Shown here: piece after piece, positions 19,884 through 37,167 of the stretch
Layout: every line of letters starts with the position of its first letter
Position numbering within the stretch: position 1 is the first letter of the stretch
Source of the DNA: Chrysomallon squamiferum
Lineage: Eukaryota; Animalia; Mollusca
Direction: 5' to 3'
NCBI GenBank assembly: GCA_012295275.1
Contig: CM022676.1
Span: 2,232,001 to 2,296,000 of the forward strand
DNA length: 64,000 nucleotides
Notes under the pieces: generated by a model
Seen by the model: the letters and a program-made list of their open reading frames with translations, nothing else
Told to the model about the DNA's origin: nothing
The model's database searches: none
Made by a program: the position numbers and the translations under genes

Positions 19884-20749
19884 TCTTTGCTGTCGTACTC
19901 TCTCTCCGACAAACTGAACACAAATTGTGTGAACGTCTACGTGTAAAAATGCAACATTAACTAATCCTCATTTAACTATTTTCCCATTCCAACCAACTGT
20001 TGATTATTGCTTTTTCAAAGATGACTGAATATGAAATGTTGCACATAAAAATGCTTTTGTGCGCATTAAAAAGGGACGTCACCGACAATCAACAGTGAGT
20101 ATTTTTTCTCTTAACTTCTCACAAACATAAAATAAACAGAAGCATTTCTGGATGAAGATATTAATCTTTCATGCGAATGTCTCACATATAGAAAAAAAAA
20201 CGAATCTTGTTTTAATATCTAGACATAACAGCAGGCTTCACTGTAACATCCAGTCATATACTTGGAAATAAGAAAGAAGTTTTGAAAAAGAGAACACGGA
20301 AACAATTGTTACATAAAACATCAATCAATCAAAATAATTGAAAATGACATACATCTGTCTGCTACTGTTGACGGTTTTCATTTCGCCCGCGGCCTAATTA
20401 CTAGTGTTCTTTATTTTCTTCTTTACAGTGTAATACAATTACATATACAGCAAAACATGATCTTAAAACAAATTTCTCACCCATTAATAACTGTAAAAAA
20501 TAAAAGAAAACAAATAAAAATAAAAACAATAAAAATGTCTAACAAATAAGAGTAAAAAAAAAATTAAAATTAAAAACAGCAAAGAAACAAAATACCTTTA
20601 TGTACTTGAACGACATTCGTTGACATTTTCATGCCAAAATTGCGAAAATTTACAAAGAAGGTGAAATATTGCTGAAATATGTATTTATTAAAATTAATCT
20701 TCGCTGAAATCCTGTCAGCGGTGACACGTTATAAAAAAAGGTACATCAG

Positions 20750-20905
20750 TTCATTTCAAGTGCAGCTGGTCATCGGATCGATCCCTTCTCGTGGACCCAT
20801 AGAGCTGTTTCTTCTTCCAGCAGTTCTCCACAATGTTTTAATATAGACCGGTGTGTGTATTTTCCTGCCATTGGGATTATAAAATATCCCTTTGTTGCTA
20901 TTCTG
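20750..20905 (+). mobile_element. Degenerate SINE-like interspersed repeat; a second, inverted fragment lies at about 14985-15060
   Basis: ggatcgatccc...ggacccatagagctgtttc...ttcctgccattgggat...aaaatatccctt resembles, from memory, an abundant gastropod tRNA-derived repeat. 14985-15060 (caagggtttatc...atcccatagacagga) loosely matches its reverse complement. Needs a repeat-library search. Confidence 0.4.
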
Positions 20906-20970
20906 AAATGAAAAACCAATTAAATACGTGCAGCATTTTTATTTGAATTTTCCTGTTAATGTTATTTATT

Positions 20971-21044
<74 letters not shown>

Positions 21045-21100
21045 AAAAAAAAAGAAAGAAAAGAGAAAAACAAAGAAGAAACAATCGTCATGTCAAAAAT

Positions 21101-21138
<38 letters not shown>

Positions 21139-23790
21139 GATATGCATATATATATGTATATATGTATGTGTGTGTATAAATGTATGTATGTATGTGCGTG
21201 TATACGTTTGTGTGATTATGTACGTATTTATTCGTGTGTTTACCTGCCTACATTAAAACTGCACGTCAGTCATGAATGAACGGACGAAGCGAGACTGACA
21301 TGTTACATAACAGTTTTGTCACAAACATGCAACACACGGGCACTGCGTTCACAAAGCTGTCAGTGATGCTTTCTACATGACAAACCCCAGGCAGCTGCTG
21401 TTTATTTATAGCACTTTCATTTTTTAAATATTTTAATGTCAGTGATATAGGAAAGACAAAGACTGGAGGAAAGTCAAAGACTGGTTAAGTCACTGTGCAA
21501 ATATACCTAACGAATATTTATTATGACAAAATACACCTGAGATAAAGTAAAAAACAAAATAAAAAGTATATATTTTTTGTTTATTTATTTGATTGTTTGT
21601 TTTCTTCTTATTATTATTACTTTTTATTTAATTTTTGTTATTGCATTTATATTTTTGTTATATTAATTAATATTTAATTTCAATTTTGTTTTATTATGCT
21701 ATTTATTTATTCAGTTTAATACTAAATACGTGGATCAAATGCATGTAAAGATAAATGCAAATTAATATTAATATTTATGAATACTCCATCTGTATACTGA
21801 AATGAATATTAAAGACATATAATTATTTTCAGTTAATGTTAGTTTAATATTATGATTGTATAGAAAGTCATGTACATTAAGATTTATATATTAATACTAT
21901 ATAGAAATACATTAATTGTAGTTTTAGTAGTGATAGCAGTAGTAGTAGTAAGGGTAGTAGCGGTAACATCAGCAGCACTGGCAATGATAGTACAAGTGTT
22001 AGTAATGTTACAGATAGTATAATAGTATTTGTTTAATAGAACAGATTGTAGTAGTTTATATTATAAGTAATGATAGTTCAGATTAGATTTTAATTATAGT
22101 ATTTTAAATACCAGTTGTAATAGTTCAGACTAGTGGTAATACAAGTTTAGACTGTGCCGTCAGTGGTAATTTTACTTTTTGATTTAAAAGTTTAGGTTGT
22201 AATAGTGAATGTTTAGTTGGCTGAAGTACTGATAGTTTAGATGTTGTAGGAAGGATAGTTAAGATTTTGATAACTGTGGCGGTTTTCTAGATAACTATTA
22301 ACCGTGTTGTAATAGTAATAAGTCTATGAGAGAGTTGTGTTAATTTAAATGATTTGATTTCTAAAACGTAAAAAAACGAAAAAAAGAAAAAAAAAAAAAA
22401 AAAGAAAATTAAAAAAAGAAGAATCTGACTGTAGAAGAAATGATAGATTTACAAATGCATCCTGTTATTAAAATTATTTTTCAAATATTTAACAAATGAG
22501 AAATAACGACACGTCAAGGAATGCAATATCTGGTTTTTATCTTTAAACTGTTATATATTATTATGTGCGTGAGCTTTTATAGGCAATATGTTCAACCACT
22601 GTTGATTTTATTCGCCATTAAAATCGATCAGGGAATGTATGTTAGCATTAAACTTCACATAACTTCTAAAACAGCATGAAGTATTCTGTAATGAAATAAA
22701 ATAACACAATCGGGAAAGATACCGTTATTTACAAGAGCTAAGCACAAGTCATACCAGTTAATATTCGTTGAAATCTGCTATAAGAACGATGCACAAAGAA
22801 CTATGTAATACGGGTCTTCAAAATATGTAGCGTTTTGTCACAAAAGAGTAAATGTAAGTATTCAAACAATATTTTGCCGTGATAAATAGCTTCGTGTTAA
22901 GTCAGTGAACTAGAGGAATAGAAGCGACGTTTCACTAAAACTCTACGAAACAGAGGATGCGACCAGGTTTCGGAAATACACGATCTGTTTTGTTGAAAAC
23001 AATGTCGATAAGATACTGCAATGTCCTAACTGCCTCATTTGTTTAACTACAAAATACATTTTACAACTGAATGCCTATATTCAATAAGAAAAAAAAAAAA
23101 AAAAATATTAAAACATCGATATTTTATAAATTGTCTTAACACTGAACTAATATTATATTAATTACTAATCAACTGTCATAATGGTTTCTTTATACTTATA
23201 TGAATGCTTATCTAAACGTTTATAAAGTATTGTTTAGAATTAACACCACATAATAACTGTCATAATAAAGAATCATTGTATTGCAACAACTTTATACACT
23301 GTCCTAAATACAGAGATGTTTAGAGAAAAAAATATTTGTAAACAAATTAAACATTTCTAAATAACCAGACTGAACTGACATTTGTTTAGTTTGTTCAGCC
23401 CCCTTTTCTCTTTCACACATTCAAACTGTAACTGATGTTCAGGTATTTATTTATACTGCGAGTATATCTATGATACATTTAGACTACTAAAAATTAAATA
23501 AAAAATATGTATATTTAGATATATAAATGTGTGTGCGTGCGTGTGTGTGTGTATATATATTTATATACACACACACACACATATAAATATATATACATTA
23601 TTTTATTTTTTATACACAGGAATGTAATTCATATCTTTTCATAGATTTAACAATGGTTAGCTTGATATAGAAATGTTGTGCCCCAAACGATTTTATTTAT
23701 AACATGTAAGCTGACGATAGCAATAGTAGCAGCAATAACAACAACAACAACAACTATTAAACCAAAACTAATACTAATAATACTCATATG

Positions 23791-23851
<61 letters not shown>

Positions 23852-24529
23852 TTTTATTACTACTACTATTACAATTATTACTATTACTGTTATTAGATTT
23901 TTCAGCTGGAGAAGAACTGTATCTAGACCAGTATCTTTGTCCTCGGTATAGGAAGCGGTTTGAATTCTCCTGTTTCAGTGTGCTGCAGCTGAAAGTGGCG
24001 CAGATAGACTCAGAGGTATACAAACACAGACGATCCTTGCGTTGATGCCTTAGATATAGACATAGAGAGAACAAACAGATTTATAGAAACACGAATAGAA
24101 ACGGGAAGTCATATAGAATTGCACACACACAGACAGTCTTTCACACACAAACTTGCATACATGAATACATACATACATACATATACACATACATATACAC
24201 ACACACACACACACTTGTATACATGAATACATACATACATACATATACACATACACATATACACACACACACACACTTGCATACATGAATACATACATAC
24301 ATACACAGGTTTTGTGCAGGACTCAACAGACTCACTTGGCGGACATTCACTCAGCATGGAGAATAGTTTCATAGTTCAGTTTATCAAACCTCGAGTTGAT
24401 TGTCTTACTACAGTTGCTGCTATCACCACAACCATACCATTTAAATAGTGCATTTGTATTACTCATTCATAATACGGTACATATTAAACAAAGTACATAC
24501 ATTCTTAATTAAATACAACTTAAATTATT

Positions 24530-25195
24530 AATGCAGTAAATACTACATAAACTACACACATTCTTAATTCAGTAAACATTTCATAAACAACATAAATTCT
24601 TTATACAGTAAATACTTCATAAACAACATAAATTCATAATATATTAAACACTATATAAACTACAAACATTCTTAATTACAGTAAATACTACATAAACTAC
24701 ATAAAGTCTTAATACGGTAAATAGTACATAAACTACAATATTTCGTGATACAATAAATACTGCATAAACTACATTAATCATTTACAGTAAACACTTCACA
24801 AAAGAATATAAATTCATAATAGAGTAAATACTACATAAACTAGATACAATCTTAATAAGGTAGATATAAATATACTTCAGAAAAGAACATAAATTCGTAA
24901 TAGAATAAATACTACGTACATTGATACAATCTTAATAGGTAGATACTACATAAACTTCACAAATTCTTAACAAGATAAATACTACACAAACTAGATAAAT
25001 TCATACTATAGTAAATACTACATAAATTATATCAATTCGTAATACAGTAAACACTTCATAAATTACACAAAATACTTAATAAAGTAAATTCTACACAACA
25101 CAAACTACATAAATTCTTAATACAATGAATACTACATAGACTACAGAAATTCTTAATAAAGTAAGTACTACATAAACAACATAAACTATTTTGAG
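24530..25195. repeat. Degenerate minisatellite of about 36 bp (cagtaaatactacataaactacataaattcttaata-like)
   Basis: cagtaaa recurs at 24534, 24570 and 24606 (36-bp spacing), and related units continue to about 25195. Confidence 0.85.
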
Positions 25196-25256
25196 TAAAT
25201 GACCTATGGGTTGATGGCACTGAGAGAACGTTCAAACACAGATCACAATAGACGAC

Positions 25257-25696
25257 CAAACAAGCTGTTGATTATAAAACATGGATAGGATCAAACAAAC
25301 TGTCGATTATAAAAACATGGATAGGAACAAACAAGCTGTTTATTATAAAACATGGATGGGAACACACAAGACGTTGATTATAGGAAAAAAAACTGTTGAT
25401 TATAAAAATAAAACAAAAACTGTTGATTATAAAAATATGGATTGGATTATAAAAATATGGATAGGGAATAAACAAATAAGCTGTTGATTATAAAAATATG
25501 GATAGGAACAAACAAGCTGTTGATTATAAAAATATGGATAGGAACAAACAAGCTGTTGATTATAAAAATATGGATAGGAACAAACAAGCTGTTGATTATA
25601 AAAATATGGATAGGAACAAACAAGCTGTTGATTATAAAAATATGGATAGGAACAAACAAGCTGTTGATTATAAAAATATGGATAGGAACAAACAAG
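25257..25696. repeat. 36-bp minisatellite (gattataaaaatatggataggaacaaacaagctgtt), about 12 units, the last five or so perfect
   Basis: Read directly. It explains the 12-aa periodic ORFs in several frames. Confidence 0.95.
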
Positions 25697-27152
25697 ATGG
25701 ATTCAAAACGGACAGCTGCGTCCTGTGACATTATGCGCTATGTGAGTGAAAAGTGGTGAGATGTTTTAGTTTCTGTCGAACCTAATATCTAAATAACTCA
25801 CACCCACCTTTCAGATAACTTTACGAAAAACTCAATACAAAAATACCAGTGAAGTTTCAACAGAAAGTGATCAGTGACGAACAGTTCACGTACCATACTT
25901 GAATATCTCAGAGCTGAACACGATAAAGAAACAATTAAAATAAACTCAAAATCATGCGACAAACAAAACGGACTCTACAATATTAACTTAAACGGATGAT
26001 TTCGTTTTTCTTTCTTTCTTTCTATATGTATTTGCTTATTTGATTTTTCTTTCTTTCTGTCTAGCTTCTGTTTCTAATATTAACTGAATTTTTTCAATAA
26101 CATATTACAGGAAATTAAACGAAGTAGATTTAGCCCTAAGAAAAACAATGAATTAAGCTTTTTCAAATAAATATACAGCAAAACTTGTTATGTTTCTTCT
26201 TATGCATATGTTATGTGTGTACGTAAGCTTATATACATACACACACACACAGATAAACTGATATATATATATATGGAAGTGTGGATTGACGGATGTATAT
26301 ATGCTTGTGTGTGTGTGTGCGTGTGCGCGTGTGTGATGTGTGTGTGTGTGTTTAAATATATTAAAAAAAAAATGTTTTAATTTAAAATATGACAGAATAC
26401 ATTTGAACATTATACCATGAAAATAAAAAGTAATAAGAAAGAACAAAATCAAATATAAAAATAAATAAATAAATAAAATCATATTGTTGTTCACTTTGTT
26501 AAATTCGTTACAAAATAAATCAGAGCAATAACTTCACATCAGGATGTTTATTTCAACTGGCGCATATACTGTCGTTATAATTATTTCAATGCCATACTGA
26601 GCGCTCATGATTATGTCAAAGCTGCATATTCTTCACTCATAATTATGTCAGCGGCCGCATGCCCGTTACTCATAATTAACTCAGTTATATCAGTGGGCGA
26701 ACAGGAAATATGACCAGAGAAGCAATAGACTTCTTATCATGCTATTACACTGTGACTCGATAAAGAGTCACATAAAGATTTCGAACCTCGTAGTACGGCT
26801 CTGTTTTATTCTCAAGCGATATAAATAAATATTTCTTTATTATTTCATTATTAAATTGCTTCTACATTATTCGTCCTAGCAAGTTTTATTCCTAAAGGAT
26901 ATTTTAAGTACGTCTTTACTATTTTTCTTTACATTCTGAAAAAAAAAGATGTCAGAAAGAATCGAGCTGCTTGGGGTTTTCAAATTTCTTTAAAGTTTTT
27001 TGACCTAGTAAATTTTATTTTGAAGTGATAAAACATATTAAATATTTTTAAACATCAAGCTACTTTTCTTTCGTAAACTGTTTGTAAGTTCTCCACCCTA
27101 GTATATTTTATTCTGAAGGGATAAAACATTTTAAATGCTTCTTTATTACGTT

Positions 27153-28377
27153 TCAAGCTATTTCTCGTTCACAAACTGCTTGTAACGCGTCCGCACACGT
27201 CAAGGCAACCCACGCGGACGTCGCTGTAAGCGCCACGCAGTGTTCTCCGCTGTCGTTCTGCGGCTGATTCGGGTCCCAGTTTGTATACGTAAATACGTCG
27301 CCTGTTTTAGACCACACAAACTGTTGTCCCGTCACTGCATTATTTCCTCCAATCCAAACAGGCGTGTTCACCGCTGACACTGTAAGAAATTCAAACACAT
27401 CATTTTCCCGACTGCTAATAATAATGTGTAGTGTCCAATAGAGAAAAACTCTTTTATTCAAAATTTGTATTATGTTTATAGTAACATTTAGAGTATATTT
27501 AAAAATAATTCACTTAAACTGAATTATTGTTCCTCTCACATTTTAATCAAGATATTAAATAATATTTACCAGAGCGAAAAGTGAATCCTGTTAAGTAAGT
27601 TGTTACCAGCTGTGAATCGATTTTTGCAAGATGACTGTCGTGTGCATTGCAAATTATCTGTAGCAAAGAAACAACATGTTAAACCTAATTAAATAGGTAA
27701 ATAATAATAATAATAATAACAATAACAACAACAATAATAAAATCAAATCAAAAATAATAATAATAACAATAATTATAATAAACCATAACACAACATTTCC
27801 AAAGCATAACAAATACAACTTTTTTCTCTCTACGTAAGTCTGTCTGTGTATCTGCTTATCTACTTAATACCTATCATTCTATACACTGTCTGACATAAAC
27901 GTACATGCATGCACATATATAATACATCCACAAGATCATATACATAAAGATATGCAACAATATATACAACAACATATATATAAAAGTACACAGAAATATA
28001 GACTCACAGACACAGAGGAATACATAAAAAAACACAAACTCACAGACACAAACATACACAAGACAAGGACAGGTTGGTTTTAAATTTACCTCAGCTTCTG
28101 GCCAAGTCACTCTCAGAAGCATCAGACCGTAACAGGTTTTTCCCAAGCGTGTCCAATATCTAGGGCATCGCCTCTGTTCTGCTTCCAAAAAACCCACACA
28201 CAGTATAAAATTATTACTTGTTTCTATTCATTCATAACTTCGTACATACATCCATACATACGTAAATACACACATACACAAATGCATATATACAAACATA
28301 TGCAGCCATACATATATTTGTTTACCTGTGAAAACTACCATAAATCCCATAATCAACACAAAAAACACCAAACGCAT
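27153..28377 (-). CDS. Secreted single-domain C-type lectin (perlucin-like); exons 28377-28326, 28178-28090, 27657-27570, 27379-27153; 151 aa
   Basis: Signal peptide MRLVFFVLIMGFMVVFT. Long-form CTLD CPRYW...CY...TWPEAE|IIC...HLAKI...VWIGG...FVW...YTNW...EHC...W...C...VCE. Phases 1,0,1, total 456 nt. Confidence 0.92.
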
Positions 28378-28614
28378 TTTTAACTCTGAAATCGTGTTGA
28401 ATAAAATTTTGCTGTTATATATTCACATTTATTTATACTCTGTTATGAAACGTTCTAATTTACATTTATACTGAATAACATATATTTTTTTAAGAAGTGA
28501 ATATACATATAATGGAAACAAATAATCCAGTGTTATTTAACACAGTGAATTTATCGAAACACTATTACAGTATCTACCTATCAACCTTTCTGTATTTGTG
28601 TGGTTTTTGTTTTG

Positions 28615-28645
<31 letters not shown>

Positions 28646-29358
28646 CGATTTTTTATTTGTTTGTTCTTACCGTCATCATCATTACCAATGTTATTATTAT
28701 TATTGGGTTTTCTGTTTGTTTGTTTTCTTTTTTCTTCTTTTGTTTATTTGTTTCTTGGTTTATTATAATTGTTCTTTGAATTATATAAACATTACTCATA
28801 GATTTATACTAAGAAAAACCTTTGATAGGCTGAGTATATTTCCAGCTTAACAGGAACGAGTGTGTGTGTGTGTGTGTGTGTGTCTGTGTGTACACACAAA
28901 CACACAGAAACACAGACATGTAAGTATAAAACACTTTAACTTTAAAATTATTGTTATAACCGTCACAAGAGATTTATGACGTAGTTCTTTATTCAGTATA
29001 AATACATATCTACTTAAGTCTAAACCCATTTTTAAAGTAATATCATCACTCATTTAATATTATTAACTGTGTAATTTCATATAGTATGTAATCCTGAACT
29101 AAAGAGTTAACAATAGTGCTATTCAGTGGAGCCGTCTGTTGAATTATTACAAAGTTATATTCTGTAACAAACGAGTAACACGTGACTGCAGGCAATAAAA
29201 TTGATTTTGACTGAAGCAGCATGTGATATATTCTGTATTTGAACACTTAAAGTGTTTGAAATATTAACACTGTATATTCGTTATAGCACGAGATCTTTAC
29301 TACGAATATTTTTCTGTTTAATTTCATTAAAACATTTGCAGTATATTACGGTTCTGTT

Positions 29359-32941
<3,583 letters not shown>

Positions 32942-33059
32942 AATTACAGATCTGTTTCATATCAATACAAATTTGTTTCATCGTATTATTGACGTTTTTC
33001 AGAATACTACTGATGCATTTCTACAACAATTAAATATTCCTTAGCAAATCTGGCTCTTC

Positions 33060-33580
33060 ATTACATAGTAACGTATTTTACTATTTTACCTCTGTACTTC
33101 ATTACCTAGTGATACATTGATGTATTTCCTTACAGTAGTGATGTGTTGAAGTATTTCATAACAGTAGTGACTTCTGACGTATTTCATAGCAGTAATGATG
33201 TTTTGACGTATTTCCTTACTGAAGTGATGTAGCTCATAACAGTCGGGATGTCCTGACGTATTTCATGGCGAATTTTCTTACAATAGTGATGCAATCATGG
33301 ATTTTAATAATACTAGTGCATAACTGACATATTTCATAACAGTAGTAATATACTGACTTATTTTATAACAGTAGTGATGTACTGACGTAATTTTTTACTA
33401 AAGTGACGGTTTTTCAGGGTTTTTTATGGCTTTTGATGCGTTCATTACACTTGTGACATGTACATTTATAGTATGAACTATTTTATAACATTGTTTGTGT
33501 ATTGATATACAGTAGAGACGTGTTAACAACAACATCTGATATTATTAACGTATTTCATAACACCACGTATTTCTCAAAAC
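33060..33580. repeat. Degenerate tandem repeat of about 29 bp (tgacgtatttcataacagtagtgatgtac) in the presumed 3' UTR
   Basis: Recurrent gtatttcataacagtagtga words. Confidence 0.7.
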
Positions 33581-35041
33581 TGCTTGTATATTTCATTACC
33601 CTAATAGTTAATTTCTTAATGATACGTATGCATTTATAGAAGTGACTAAAGTATATCATAAACTAAAATAGTGAACAAGATAATGCAAAATGCTAGTGTT
33701 ATACAAACTGTTTTTGCAGTTTTCTTGTAGAAATAAAAATATGCATCAAAAACAGTTGCAATTACAATTTTACTAATTCCTTATTAATTGTGGATTTAAA
33801 GTGGCAACACTGAGTTCTTTAACATTGAGATACTCATTTCTCATTTTGCTTGTGTATTATATAAGTATGTTTGTATGTACGTATGTATATATATATATGT
33901 ATGTCTGTTGTATACTTCGTCTGTATGTGTCTGTATGCATATGTGTGTGTATATATATATATATATATATGCGCTTTGCTTCCATGCATATATGTAATAT
34001 GCAAAGGTAAACCCATTTATAATAATAGTTGTTCTGATTTAAAACACATACAAAAGTAGTAATCAAAGTAAATTAGTTGTTATTTACATAAAATAAATTA
34101 TTTTTTGTTAAATCTATAAAAACTAAATTTAGGTACACAAAGAAATCATCCAAATCCAAATAAAGAGAGACGTAAGATAAGGAGAAACTATTATCACTGA
34201 AGCTAATTAGGGCAAAACAGGAAAACACGTTTCGAAACATTAATTGGGTAAAAGGTATGAGAACAGACTTAGAGTAGGTCAGTCACCTTCCTATCGCTGG
34301 TTATTACTACATGGAGACAGACATGTGAAATGATGTTCGAGTTAGCTGATGAAAGAGCAAGATGACGACATAAAAAGAGCTGATCGAAGAAAAAATTATT
34401 TTTATAAAACTGCATCCTAATATATATCAGCAAACTGGAGACAGAGCAAATTTAACGCTACACATGCCTGGGACAGAGATGGAAAACCAGCGTCAAAATT
34501 CAACAGAAAATGATTCTAAGAATCTCACAACATTAGAGAAACACGACGTCAAGAGATTTTTTGGAATCTGTTTTACTTTTCTTTTTTCTTTTAGTAACAA
34601 ATCTAGAACTTACACGTAATACAAAAAAATGATTAACCTCGAGGAATCACACCTAGTAACGAAACAGACAAAGATCGAAATATCAGCTATACCGACAAAG
34701 ATAGAAATATGAACGCTAAACATTAACATTATGTACTGAAAAACAGCACAGAGCAGCACACGACGATGTGAAATCGATGTTGTGAGTTTTTACCCAATAA
34801 CAAGACACTAGACTTGCATGATGATGATTACTGTGATGATGAGCAGGAGGAGGAGGATAATTATCTTTTACTCAATTTACATAAAGCAAATTCGTTCAGT
34901 TTACATAAAGTTTGCCAGTGAATGCTGTAGCGGTTAGTATCACTTTGGCTAACTACTAATATGAATGCAACTACACACGTCATCACAGAAAATACAAACC
35001 ACGTGATCGTATACACAGAACTAACTAACATAAGCATACAG

Positions 35042-36025
35042 CTATGTTTTGAACACAGTGCCACTTATTAACTGATTTAATTCATCGTACCGTTGTTGTG
35101 ATATCATCGTGGGAATAATTCGATTATTTTCCTCTTCACAGTCATATTGCCTGGCGTCATCAGGCCGTCTTTGTTGCAGTGCGTCACATGGTCCGACTCC
35201 ATTATCATATCGTGGCCCTTGATTTACCTTATCTCTTTTGTTTTCCGACTCATAACTGGTTGATCCATTTTCCATTTCGTTCTGTTCACTAGATTTATTT
35301 ACTTCCTTTCTACGTTCAGAACTCCTTCTTACACAGCTTAGATATTACAAAATAAATCTTAATAAACGAATTTAATAAGAACCTGAAATAGTACATATAG
35401 ACAGACTAGTACACACAAAGACGGATAGACTAGTGCACAGATAGACAGACAGTCTAGTAGATGCAGGTTCAGAGAGACAGAAACGTAGACTGACAAATAT
35501 ACAGACAGACAGAGCATTCGACAGACTTACACGCAGAAGATGACGCTGACTACCGCGAGTAACACAGACGAGATTATGGCAGAAACAATATCATCCCCTT
35601 TTTCTATATATACAACTATCTCTCTTAGCAAAGACTACGATTTGTAAGTTAATTGGCCTTTACATCCAAATATATATAAAGAAAAATTCACGATTCATTG
35701 TAAATATTTCACTGTATTTTTAACTGTAGTTCATTTATATCTCAATATTTTATCACTAAGCTGAGACAAAATCAAAATCTTTGAATAATGAACAAAAAGT
35801 AATAATAAAATAATGTATTCTGCTACTAAACTAAGTAATTAAATGTAATTATTAAAATATAAAATTCATACATCAAAAGTAAAGTGAAATCAAGTCTTAC
35901 TTTGAGTGGTGATGGTAAAGTTTGCAGAATACAGCTCGTTGTTACCCACAATGCATCTGAACATTCGTGTGTTCTCACTGAGAGATACAGTGTGTGTTAA
36001 AACAGAATTTCCTCTATTCTCACAT
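35042..36025 (-). other. Ig-receptor copy B: 5'-deleted Ig2 exon (about 36025-35900) plus intact TM exon (35603-35531) and intact tail exon (35336-35042)
   Basis: The Ig2 3' half CENRGNSVLTHTVSLSENTRMFRC is fused directly to intron sequence. TM KGDDIVSAIISSVLLAVVSVIFCV (phase 1 to 2). Tail CVRRSSERRK...STSYESE...RYDNG...QYDCE...RYDEL...FKT*. Confidence 0.75.
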
Positions 36026-37167
36026 GTGATTTTCTGTAATTCTGTTAACTTTTTAAAAATAACTGTTGTGTTAAAAATGTTCGTTTTCAATATTTTATTT
36101 TGATGTATCTGCTGTCAGATTTTAAATAATCATAAACAAGAGAAATAAAATGGCTGAAGTACATCACCAAATCATATTACATAAAAATCACGCCTTCACT
36201 TATTTTCAATGGTAATGTTAGAAAATCAGTTATAACAAACGACATTTTTCACATACATCTAATGCTTTTATATAATATAATAAACTCTTCCTGAACTTTG
36301 TTATATAATCAGTAATAACAAAAATGAAGTGTTTCAAATGTATCAATGTTGATTAAGTTTTATAACTTCGTCTTTGTTTTCACACTGAAACCCACGTATC
36401 CATTAAAATATGTAGATATTTCTTTGTTCAGTACACTATCTACAGGTAATATTTTAAAAGTAAATGGGGTATCGAAGGAAAAAAAGAGATGAGACAAGCG
36501 GAGGCTTCCACAACCCAAGTTTCACTTTCATTTACACTGAGATAATAGGAAAAGAGCTTGAAACTTTGGTCTTACTTTATAATATCTCCTTATTAATATT
36601 AATTATACTACAAACAATACACATATAAAATAAATCGCATTGTTAATATTAATTATATTACAAATAATACACATATAAAATAAATCTCCGTATTAATATT
36701 AATTATACTACAAATATAAAAAAAACAGACAACATATATATAAAATAAATCTACTTGGTAAAATTAATGATTCTATGAATATAAAACTGCAAGCAATACA
36801 GATATAAAATAAATCTCCTGGCTACTATTAATTCTACTACACATTTAAAACACCAAATAATGCAGACATAAAATAAATATTGTTGATAATGTTAATTATA
36901 CTACAAAGACAAAACATGAAAACGAAACAGACAAATCTTTTAGAAACAATAATTTAAAAAATTAGCCCTCCTCTACTGAAAATATGAATCTCGTGACGGT
37001 TTATTAAGAATTATTTAAAAACAACTATAGGTTTGACATCTTGGATATATAAGACACTGTTTTTTTTAGGTTAAATATGTCTAACTCAATGCTACTTTCT
37101 GCTGGATTACACAAAAAACAGTTGCAGACACACAACACGTACGTACATACAGACGCTTGTGTTTATT

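Larger units (their letters stand above)
23906..25760 (+). pseudogene. C-type lectin pseudogene related to the 27153-28377 gene; exon relics 23906-24015, 24309-about 24395, about 25195-25760
   Basis: Exon 2 AGEELYLDQYLCPRYRKRFEFSCFSVLQLKVAQIDSE|gt aligns with CPRYWTRLGKTCYGLMLLRVTWPEAE in the same phases, with both Trp lost. Exon 3 VLCRTQQTHLADIHS/MENSFIVQFIK has a frameshift. Exon 4 NDLWVDGTERTFKHRSQ*TTKQAVDYKTW...DSCVL*HYALCE* has stops. Confidence 0.78.

Noticed and set aside
25257-25731. 36-bp array as a CRISPR array or a DYKNM-repeat protein
   Set aside because: No spacers, eukaryotic context, and the frame is broken between units. Explained as amplification within a lectin pseudo-exon.
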